Assembly: GCA_021818925.1 (NCBI GenBank)
Contig: JAKASU010000001.1
Span: 441,568 to 505,567 of the forward strand
Length of the DNA stretch: 64,000 nucleotides
DNA from: Candidatus Micrarchaeota archaeon
Lineage (GTDB): Archaea > Micrarchaeota > Micrarchaeia > Micrarchaeales > CABMGC01
Direction: 5' to 3'
This document shows, piece after piece, positions 1-7,314 of the stretch (its first letter is position 1; every line of letters begins with the position of its first letter). The position numbers were made by a program, and so were the translations under genes. The notes beneath the pieces were generated by a model. The model had not been told where the DNA came from. It did not search any database and saw nothing but the letters and a program-made list of their open reading frames with translations.

Positions 1-603
1 TATCTCGGAGCGATGAACAGCGCGGTCAACTACGCCTTCGCGAACAGGCAGATGATAATGCACAACATAAGGAGGAGCTTTGAGGAGGCCTTCGGTAAGA
101 GATCTGACGAGATGGGCATGGAGCTGCTCTACGACGTCGCGCACAACATAGCGAAGCTCGAGGAGCATCAGGTTGACGGCAAACGGAGGGCAGTTTACGT
201 GCACAGGAAAGGCGCTACAAGGGCGTTCCCGAGAAACAGCGAGGGCATACCGAAGGAGTACAAGGGCATAGGGCAGCCTGTCATCATACCGGGTAGTATG
301 GGCACCAGCAGCTACATACTCTGCGGCGAGGAGGGCTCGATGAGGGAGACGTTCGGCACCACGTGCCACGGATCCGGCAGGCTGATGTCGAGGCACCAGG
401 CGCTGCGCGAGATATCAGCGGAAAAGACGTTCGAGTCTTTGAAGAGCAAGGGAATAGAGATCCGCGTAAGGACAAAGAAGCTGATCAGCGAGGAGGCCGA
501 GTGGGTCTACAAGAACGTCGACGAGGTCGTGGGCGTTGTCGAGAAGGCGGGAATATCAAGGATAGTCTCGAAGAACGTGCCGATCGGGGTTGTGAAGGGC
601 TGA
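1..603 (+). CDS. rtcB: RNA-splicing ligase RtcB, C-terminal part (5' end lies outside the window)
   Basis: The frame is open from nt 1 (YLGAMNSAVNYAFANRQ...). Conserved RtcB stretches HRKGATRAFP, GSMGTSSYIL and TCHGSGR are present. Confidence 0.9.
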   Translation, partial: YLGAMNSAVNYAFANRQMIMHNIRRSFEEAFGKRSDEMGMELLYDVAHNIAKLEEHQVDGKRRAVYVHRKGATRAFPRNSEGIPKEYKGIGQPVIIPGSMGTSSYILCGEEGSMRETFGTTCHGSGRLMSRHQALREISAEKTFESLKSKGIEIRVRTKKLISEEAEWVYKNVDEVVGVVEKAGISRIVSKNVPIGVVKG

Positions 604-604
604 C

Positions 605-1435
605 TCAGAGCTTTGAAGCGTCCTCTGTAAGCCTTATCCTGTATACCAGCTCCTGCGACATCGAGACCCTGGCTATTCTTTCAAGAGAGCGCAGCACCAT
701 CTCGGCCTCGCGCAGCTTGCCGCGCTTCGCCAGATATCTGGCGAGGTAGTAGTATGCGTTCAGTTCGCCGCTCTCCAGGGCCTTAAGCAGGCTAGGCTCA
801 GCCTGCTTCGTGTTCTTTTCAGCGCTGTACACGAGGAGCGCGTACTCGGCCATCGCAGTCTTCTTGTCAAGCGTCTGCACTGAGCGCAGAGTCGTGGCCG
901 CGTTGACGTAGTCTTGCAGCCTTATCTCGCACATGAACCTGGTGAACACCAGCTCCGGATCTATCTGCACGCTTGTCTGCATCTCGCCGTCCACGACCTT
1001 TATCGCCTTGAAGAAGCACTCCTTCCACCTCATCGTCAGGTCGAGACTGCTCCTTATGTTCTTGGCGTTTGGCTCCATGAAACCCATCTGGTTGTAGTCC
1101 TTGCCCTGGAACCTTGCAGTGGAGATGTTGCGGTACAGCACCCCCAGGAGGTAGAGGAGCTGCGAGTCCTTGTTTCCCTTGACCAGCTGTTCCGCGCCCT
1201 TTATCGCCGCATCGAGATTCCCCTCGTTCGCCTGTTCGAGCAGCGGTGCGAAGAGTGCCTGTGACGCCTGGCCGTACTGGGCGCCGGGGTCCGAGAAGTC
1301 GACGGGAAGCTCGCAGAAGTTGCAGAAGGATATCTTTCTGCCCGCTGAGTAGGTGTTTGTCCCGCAGTGCGGGCACCTTTCCCCTATCGGCTTGTAGCCG
1401 GAGAGGAGCCCAATATATCTTCTGCCGTCAAGCAT
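605..1435 (-). CDS. Hypothetical protein with N-terminal zinc ribbon and helical-repeat (TPR-like) body
   Basis: 276-aa ORF with CPHCG...CNFC near the N-terminus; the rest is helical repeat-like. No family recognised. Confidence 0.6.
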   Translation of the reverse strand: MLDGRRYIGLLSGYKPIGERCPHCGTNTYSAGRKISFCNFCELPVDFSDPGAQYGQASQALFAPLLEQANEGNLDAAIKGAEQLVKGNKDSQLLYLLGVLYRNISTARFQGKDYNQMGFMEPNAKNIRSSLDLTMRWKECFFKAIKVVDGEMQTSVQIDPELVFTRFMCEIRLQDYVNAATTLRSVQTLDKKTAMAEYALLVYSAEKNTKQAEPSLLKALESGELNAYYYLARYLAKRGKLREAEMVLRSLERIARVSMSQELVYRIRLTEDASKL

Positions 1436-1482
1436 GTTGCCACGATTCTTTCATTATTTAAAGCTTAAAGCAGTTTTGCCGC

Positions 1483-2142
1483 TCATCTCTTCCTGAGCAC
1501 CACAAAGAGGTGCATCTTCGAGTACGGCGCTATGTCTATCCTTTCCAGCACCTCGAACTTTCCAGATATCTCATCGATGAACTTCTTGAAGACAACTTCG
1601 GGCTTCGCGGTCACGTCTATGCTCTGCGATTTTATGGCAACGTAGGCGTAGCCGCCCTCTTTGAGAATCGCGCCGTTCCTGAGCAGTATGTCGGCCTGGT
1701 CAGGCGAGGCTATGTCCTGGTACACGACGTCGCATATGCCCGTCTCGCCAGAGTAAGAATCAACCTCGCGCGCATCCTTCAGGAGCGGCAGCATGTTCGA
1801 CCTCTTCTCGCAGGCCTTGACCAGCTCGCGCATGTTCCGTTCCGATATCTCTATGCAGTAGACCACGCCGGCATCGCCGACTATGTCGCTGACGTGGCTG
1901 CTCGTTGTGCCTGTGGCGGCGCCGAGGTACAGTACCTTTGAGCCGTTCTCTATCTTCATCCGCTTCATTCCATTCAGTATCGCGGCAGCGAGCTTGCTCC
2001 TGTACGGGTTCCACATCCTGTACTGCTGGCCCTCGTAATCTACAAGCTCCTCGTCGTATACCTTGTTGCCCCTGACAAGGTTCCTTGTGGCAAGCCTCTT
2101 GTCTATCTTGTACACTCCTTCGAAGATCTGCTTCACTTCCAT
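1483..2142 (-). CDS. flpA: Fibrillarin-like rRNA/tRNA 2'-O-methyltransferase
   Basis: MWNPYRSKLAAAIL and VLYLGAATGTTSSHVSDIVG (SAM-binding) motifs. The ATG at 2142 is preceded by GGAGGAAGAAGA (SD-like). The track ORF extends to 2199. Confidence 0.9.
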   Translation of the reverse strand: MEVKQIFEGVYKIDKRLATRNLVRGNKVYDEELVDYEGQQYRMWNPYRSKLAAAILNGMKRMKIENGSKVLYLGAATGTTSSHVSDIVGDAGVVYCIEISERNMRELVKACEKRSNMLPLLKDAREVDSYSGETGICDVVYQDIASPDQADILLRNGAILKEGGYAYVAIKSQSIDVTAKPEVVFKKFIDEISGKFEVLERIDIAPYSKMHLFVVLRKR

Positions 2143-2200
2143 TCTTCTTCCTCCGATCTCGCTGTCCTTCACCGAAGCCCCCATCTGATTTCTAGCCACA

Positions 2201-2213
2201 ACTATTTAAATTT
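2201..2213. promoter_or_regulatory. TATA-like box ACTATTTAAATTT between divergent flpA and the histidine kinase gene
   Basis: Palindromic ATTTAAAT core, about 30 nt upstream of ATG 2242. Confidence 0.45.
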
Positions 2214-2241
2214 GGTAAGAGTCTGGTATAGTGCGACCAAG

Positions 2242-4491
2242 ATGCAGGAGACTGTGACGATTGAGCAGCTCATCGCCGAGATCTTCACGCTGGGCAAGGA
2301 GAGCAGCGGGAGCGCGGAGATGTTCAGCAGATTCTCCAACAAGCTGAAGGAGGCGGTCGGCATAGACTATGTGATGATGAGCGACGCCTACCAGGAGAAG
2401 AGCGGGCTCTCGGGACTTGAGGAGTTCGCGATAAACACAGGCAAACCCTACGTTGACAACAGGCTCAGCGGCTACTCTGCCTTCCCCGAGCTGATAAAGC
2501 ACTACAACCTCGGATTCCGAAGCTGCATGCTTCTTCCGGTGGCCGTTGAGGGCAAGCCGGTAGTGGTCGCCACCTTCCTCTCAAGGCAGGAGGACAGGTT
2601 CGACCCGGCGCTCTCATCAAAGCTGACGCTCGCGACGGAGATGCTCGCTTATCTGTCGGTGGCGAAGACCGAGAGGGAGAGGAGCATGAGCCTTGCACAC
2701 TACTTCGACGCCGCGTTCAACACATACGCGCCGCAGATGCTCATCGACAAGAGCGGGGCGATAGTCAAGGCGAACAAGAGCTCGGCGGGGCTCTTCGGCA
2801 AGACGCAGAAGGAGATGGTAGGCAGGAACATCAGCGAGTTCTTCGGGATAGAAGCAAACGCTCTCTACGCTCTGCGCGACGGCTCGGCTACTGAGATAGG
2901 CGAGATCGGAGACCAGGGCAGGGTGTACAAGGCGACGTGCGGCAAGATAAACGACCGTCTGACGCACCTGCTCCTCTACGATGTGACCGAGCTGAAGGAG
3001 CTGGAGGAGAAGGTTAGGCTCGCGGAAAGGAGCGCTAGCGAGTCGCTGATGCTGCTCGCAAAGGACACGACGGTGCTGTGGGCGAGCGCCAACGTGGGCA
3101 AGGTGCTCAAGATAGACAGGGACGAGCTTGTGGGAAGGCGCCTGCTCGACCTCGCGTACGAGGACAAGGAGTTCGCGGGCGAGATAAGCTCGCTTTCGGA
3201 AACGCTCTCGAGGCCGCTGCGGCTCAACGTGGGCAACGACGTGATAATCGAGGCAAGGACGACGCTGATGAAGAACCGCTTTGGAGGCTTCTCGTGCGTG
3301 ATGAGGAGCAACAACGTGGAGAAGTACGTAGCCGCCATGCAGGGCGCGCTCGAGGGACTCGTTGAGGACGCGAGCGACGCCATATTCAGCGTTGATGCGC
3401 TCGGCTACATAAAGTCTGCGAACAGAAGCGCTGAGAAACTGCTAAACTACTCCAACAGCGAGCTGAGCGGCAGCTCGCTTGTCTCACTCTACGCGGACGA
3501 GGAGAGCCAGAAGAAGCTCAGCTCCTCGATGTCTCTCGCAAGGAGCAACGGTTCGGAGGAGAACGTCTACGTGAGCCTGAGGGCGAAGGGCGCCGACGAG
3601 CCGATACCCTGCAAGCAGACGATAAGGAGCATGGTGGACAGCGACAACAACCACGTGGGCTACATGGTGATAAGCGAGGAGCTCGCAACGAAGATAAAGA
3701 TGGGCGAGCTCGAGGAGAGCTACGAGAAGAAGGAGTCTGAGCTGAGGGGCGCGAAGGAGGAGAGCGAGTACAAGAGCCAGTTCTTCCAGAACATCTCTCA
3801 CGACCTTAAGACGCCGCTCACCAGCATCTACGGCTACGGCAAGATCCTGGCAAACAGCAGCGACGGGATAAGCGATGAGAACAAGGGATACGCGAATATC
3901 ATAACCAACGAGGCGGAAAGGCTCCTGCAGCTGATAAACCAGATACTCGATGTCGCGAAGCTCGAGTCGGGAAGGATAAAGCTCGATATGAAGGACGTGA
4001 ACTTCAATGAGCTGCTGAAGAACCCCGCGATAGAGTCGCTGGCTGAGTTCGCGGAGAAGAAGGGGCTCGAGTTCAAAAGAGAAGTGGAGTACAGCGTGCC
4101 TGCCGTTCCTGCTGACCCCAACAGGCTGATACAGGTGCTCGTCAACCTGATAGGCAACGCGATCAAGTTCACAGAGACAGGCAGCATAACAGTCAGGATC
4201 GCGAGGGCGGGGAAGACCAGCAAGTACGTGAAGGTGGAGGTGAAGGACACGGGCAGCGGCATAAGCAAGGAGGACAAGGGCAAGCTCTTCAGAAAGTTCT
4301 TCCAGATCCAGAGAAAGGGGCTTATCATGCAGGAGGGATCAGGAACCGGGCTCGGGCTCTCTATAGCGAAGGAGATTGTGGGCCTTCATGGCGGAACCAT
4401 CGGCGTTGAATCGGAGCTCGGGAAGGGAAGCACCTTCTGGTTCAAGCTGCCCATGACGGTGAAGGCGAAGAAGAGGGCGACGGAGAAGTGA
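2242..4491 (+). CDS. Soluble sensor histidine kinase (GAF-like N-terminus, several PAS-like segments, HisKA, HATPase_c)
   Basis: H-box SHDLKTPLTSIYGY, N-box GNAIKFT, G1 DTGSGI, G2 GSGTGLGLSIAKEIV. No TM helix seen. The ATG at 2242 lies about 30 nt downstream of ACTATTTAAATTT. The track start at 2212 is TTG. Confidence 0.9.
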   Translation: MQETVTIEQLIAEIFTLGKESSGSAEMFSRFSNKLKEAVGIDYVMMSDAYQEKSGLSGLEEFAINTGKPYVDNRLSGYSAFPELIKHYNLGFRSCMLLPVAVEGKPVVVATFLSRQEDRFDPALSSKLTLATEMLAYLSVAKTERERSMSLAHYFDAAFNTYAPQMLIDKSGAIVKANKSSAGLFGKTQKEMVGRNISEFFGIEANALYALRDGSATEIGEIGDQGRVYKATCGKINDRLTHLLLYDVTELKELEEKVRLAERSASESLMLLAKDTTVLWASANVGKVLKIDRDELVGRRLLDLAYEDKEFAGEISSLSETLSRPLRLNVGNDVIIEARTTLMKNRFGGFSCVMRSNNVEKYVAAMQGALEGLVEDASDAIFSVDALGYIKSANRSAEKLLNYSNSELSGSSLVSLYADEESQKKLSSSMSLARSNGSEENVYVSLRAKGADEPIPCKQTIRSMVDSDNNHVGYMVISEELATKIKMGELEESYEKKESELRGAKEESEYKSQFFQNISHDLKTPLTSIYGYGKILANSSDGISDENKGYANIITNEAERLLQLINQILDVAKLESGRIKLDMKDVNFNELLKNPAIESLAEFAEKKGLEFKREVEYSVPAVPADPNRLIQVLVNLIGNAIKFTETGSITVRIARAGKTSKYVKVEVKDTGSGISKEDKGKLFRKFFQIQRKGLIMQEGSGTGLGLSIAKEIVGLHGGTIGVESELGKGSTFWFKLPMTVKAKKRATEK

Positions 4492-5484
4492 TCAGGGAGA
4501 TATGTAGGCCCCGCAGTCGTTCGTTATCTTGCTCTGGAAAGAGTACGAGCTGTTAAGCGTAGTGTAGTTGAATCCTGTGTAGAGGCCGGTGTACGTTATG
4601 CTCGACAGGAAGTTTGCAGAGGTTGTGTTGATTATCGCGAGCACGGCCGGTCCGGTTATGTTCGCGTCTGGAGAGACTATCGAGTAGGTAAGAAGCACGT
4701 TTTTGTTCGCGGTGAGCAGGCTCTCGTTAACGGTGAGGTCCGTGGGCGTGTGCGCGCTTACGTTCTCGTACGAGACTGGGGCTGGAGGCGGTTTGCCATT
4801 ATACTGAATATACGTGGAGTTGTACGTGCTCGGAGTGCACGCCACATCCCTCTTGTAGAGCGCGGAGTAGCCGTTCAGCACCATTCCGGGGCCGGTCTTG
4901 TTCATCAGGGTGAGCGCCTTCTGATACAGCGACTGGGTCGCATTCTGCACTATCGTGGTTGTCGAGGCCGTGGATGTGGTGGAGATCGTGGAGATTGTGG
5001 AAAGCCCGCCACTGCCTATGCTGCTGAGGCTTGAAGGGTTGAGCAACACTACGCTCGAACTGGGCCTTATGTGCAAGGCTACAAAAAGCGGAGTTATCTC
5101 TACGGTGGCGCTGGAGTTGCTGCTCGAGATGAGCCTTATGTTCATGTCCGAGTCCGTGGAGCCGCCGGTGCTGACGTTGAGACTGGTCACAGGGGCGAGG
5201 GTGAATGCTACAACTGGATTGTAGAGGGCCGGCACGCTAGTTATGTAGAACGATGCGCCGCTTACCGATGCCGACCTGAGTTCAAGCGCAGCGGTGCTGC
5301 CGTTGTATATCTTTATGAACTGGGTCTGGTTGAGCGCCAGTGTAACGGTCCTGGTGGAGCTTATCGGTATGACGCTCGGAACGAGCACGCCGTATACTAT
5401 GTATATGGCTATGAGTGCAACTACCAGCGCAAGTATCTGCCTGCCGGATAGCCGCCAAGCCGGAAGGGTGAAACCTTTCTGCAT
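4492..5484 (-). CDS. Membrane-anchored, sequon-rich surface (glyco)protein
   Basis: N-terminal hydrophobic helix (ILALVVALIAIYIVYGVL), Ser/Thr linker STISTISTTSTASTTTIV, and 13 N-x-S/T sequons counted in 330 aa. Confidence 0.6.
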   Translation of the reverse strand: MQKGFTLPAWRLSGRQILALVVALIAIYIVYGVLVPSVIPISSTRTVTLALNQTQFIKIYNGSTAALELRSASVSGASFYITSVPALYNPVVAFTLAPVTSLNVSTGGSTDSDMNIRLISSSNSSATVEITPLFVALHIRPSSSVVLLNPSSLSSIGSGGLSTISTISTTSTASTTTIVQNATQSLYQKALTLMNKTGPGMVLNGYSALYKRDVACTPSTYNSTYIQYNGKPPPAPVSYENVSAHTPTDLTVNESLLTANKNVLLTYSIVSPDANITGPAVLAIINTTSANFLSSITYTGLYTGFNYTTLNSSYSFQSKITNDCGAYISP

Positions 5485-5551
5485 CAGTCATCAACCACTG
5501 GTCCTGAAATCGGTTTCTACAAGAAACAATATTATACTTTCGTTGCCCATT

Positions 5552-6775
5552 ATGCTTGTTGCGACCAGTGAAGACATGAAGGGCATAGAGGACGTTGAGT
5601 CCGACATCATGTCGCTCATCAACGACAAGCAGGAGGTTACTTACAACGAGCTCAAAGACTACGCCGGATCAATGGAGATAGACGGCGACACGCTCAAGCG
5701 CGCGCTCGCGGAGCTGGTGAAGGCCACGGCGATAGCCTCTAGGAGCAGCGGCGGCATACCCACATACTACATGCTTCAGGAGCCGCAGCACATCAAGCGC
5801 GTCTTCGTGGTCGAGGACGAGCAGAACATAAACAAGCTCATGGCGGTCTCGCTGGGCAAGGGCTACGACATAACCCAGCTCTACGACGGCAGGGAGGCGC
5901 TCGAGAAGATAAAGCTCCAGAAACCGGATCTCGTGATACTGGACCTTATGCTGCCCGGAACTGACGGCTTGGAGATATGCCAGACGATAAAGAGGGACCC
6001 GGCGCTGAGGGACATAACGGTAATAATAGTCAGCGCGATGGAGGCCAGCACGAACAGGTTCAAGGGCATAAAGTACGGCGCCGACTACTACGTGAAGAAG
6101 CCGTTCGACCCCGACGAACTCAGGAGTCTCGTCACGATATTCCTGAAGAAGAAGGGGAAGAAGTTCGATCCGCTCATAGACCTGCCCAACGAGGAGAGGA
6201 TATCGGACAGCGTGGAGAAATCGCTCAAATCAGATGACACGGATTATGAGATAGGCAGGCTCAGAGTAGAAGGGCTGGCGAGCTTCGCCGGCAAGTTCGG
6301 CAACGACGCAGGCATAACCATACTGCGCCTTGTCTCGCAGCTGCTGCAGGACAAGGTCAAGGCAAGGGAGATGGAGGGCACGTTCGTTGGTTTCCTCAAT
6401 GGGGACGACTTCGTGCTCGCAGGCAACAGGAAGAACGTCGACAGGATAATAGAGAGCATAAAGTCGGAATTCCACGCGGTGCTGCCGTTCATCTACCAGA
6501 ACGAGGGCTACAAGCCGATAGAGAAGGGCATAGACGACATCTATGCTGTTCGGAACCCGACGCTCGAGCTCGGTTACACTGAGATAAAACGCGAGGCGCT
6601 AATGGCGCGTCGCGCAGAGGTGATCAAGGAGAAGCGCAAGGAAGAGATCGGCTCGTACACCTACGATGAGCTGAGGCGCATGCTAGGGAGCGAGAACCTG
6701 GACATAACGATAACAAGGGACACTAATGGGGTGAAGCTCTCTGTTGGAAAGAGAGTGGAGAAAGAAGAGGATTAG
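5552..6775 (+). CDS. Response regulator: winged-helix N-terminus, REC receiver, GGDEF-like (NGDDF) output domain
   Basis: REC motifs VVEDE and LVILDLMLPGTDG ... KKPF. The C-terminal part parallels GGDEF domains (DPLIDLPNEE; FAGKFGNDAG; FVGFLNGDDFVLAG). The N-terminal 86 codons of the track ORF overlap the opposite-strand gene, so the start was moved to ATG 5552 (alternative 5576). Confidence 0.8.
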   Translation: MLVATSEDMKGIEDVESDIMSLINDKQEVTYNELKDYAGSMEIDGDTLKRALAELVKATAIASRSSGGIPTYYMLQEPQHIKRVFVVEDEQNINKLMAVSLGKGYDITQLYDGREALEKIKLQKPDLVILDLMLPGTDGLEICQTIKRDPALRDITVIIVSAMEASTNRFKGIKYGADYYVKKPFDPDELRSLVTIFLKKKGKKFDPLIDLPNEERISDSVEKSLKSDDTDYEIGRLRVEGLASFAGKFGNDAGITILRLVSQLLQDKVKAREMEGTFVGFLNGDDFVLAGNRKNVDRIIESIKSEFHAVLPFIYQNEGYKPIEKGIDDIYAVRNPTLELGYTEIKREALMARRAEVIKEKRKEEIGSYTYDELRRMLGSENLDITITRDTNGVKLSVGKRVEKEED

Positions 6776-7063
6776 CTACTTTCCGCGCTTCTTCTTCGCC
6801 GTTCCCTTCGAGCGCTTTGCCGATGCCTTCTTCTTTCTGGAGCGCTTGCTGCCCGAACCCAAGCTCGTCTCCGACCTCTTGAACCTCTCTGACTCCAGCA
6901 GGTCCGCCACATGCGTCTCGTCCGTCGGTCTGCTCTCGCCGGCGCTGTCGAGAAGCGCCTGGCTCTGCACGCCGCCTATCTTTAGAAGCTCGTTCATTCG
7001 CTGCGCCCTTAGGAGCGCCTCGAGCCTCTTGCTGCTTGACGACCTGCTAGGTTTCTTCGCCAT
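6776..7063 (-). CDS. Small lysine/serine-rich basic protein, unknown function
   Basis: 95-aa ORF with basic termini (MAKKPSRSSSSKR...KRSRKKKASAKRSKGTAKKKRGK). It abuts the response-regulator stop, forming a TAGCTA stop-stop palindrome. Confidence 0.4.
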   Translation of the reverse strand: MAKKPSRSSSSKRLEALLRAQRMNELLKIGGVQSQALLDSAGESRPTDETHVADLLESERFKRSETSLGSGSKRSRKKKASAKRSKGTAKKKRGK

Positions 7064-7092
7064 GGAATCGGGATTAAATAGTTATATCAGCA

Positions 7093-7102
7093 ATATTTAA
7101 AT
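7093..7102 (+). promoter_or_regulatory. TATA-like box ATATTTAAAT upstream of the small Cys ORF and lhr
   Basis: Same TTTAAAT core as the other upstream regions in this window. Confidence 0.4.
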
Positions 7103-7134
7103 GCTATACAGAGACGTTTTGTGGTGCGCCGGTT

Positions 7135-7305
7135 TTGAAAGCTAGGACAAGTTACCGACTCTACTCATGCCCGGTTTGCGGGCTCCACTATACGGACAAG
7201 AAAGATGCGGATGCTTGCTACGCGTGGTGCTCCACGCACAACTCGTGCAACCTTTCGGTAGCGAGGCGGTCTGTTGAAGCGAAGAAGGCAAGAGAGGGAA
7301 GCTAG
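7135..7305 (+). CDS. Small Cys-rich protein (about 56 aa), not in the ORF track
   Basis: Hand translation: L/M-KARTSYRLYSCPVCGLHYTDKKDADACYAWCSTHNSCNLSVARRSVEAKKAREGS*. The only in-frame start is TTG 7135, with ATATTTAAAT about 35 nt upstream. The gene ends 9 nt before lhr. Confidence 0.4.
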   Translation: MKARTSYRLYSCPVCGLHYTDKKDADACYAWCSTHNSCNLSVARRSVEAKKAREGS

Positions 7306-7314
7306 CGGTGCGCT

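Noticed and set aside
4489-4494. Palindromic stop-stop junctions of convergent genes (TGATCA at 4489-4494, TAGCTA at 6773-6778, TGAcTCA at 601-607).
   Set aside because: They are simply the reverse-complement symmetry of two abutting stop codons in a very compact genome. There is no evidence of a functional site.
5294-5551. N-terminal extensions of track ORFs: 5294 for the response regulator, 54322 for polB, 2212 for the kinase, 48153, 55267, 17621 and 14502.
   Set aside because: The extensions overlap neighbouring genes or tRNAs, start at TTG/GTG, and have non-protein-like composition. Internal ATGs sit at proper distances from TTTAAAT-type boxes or SD motifs and restore canonical N-termini.
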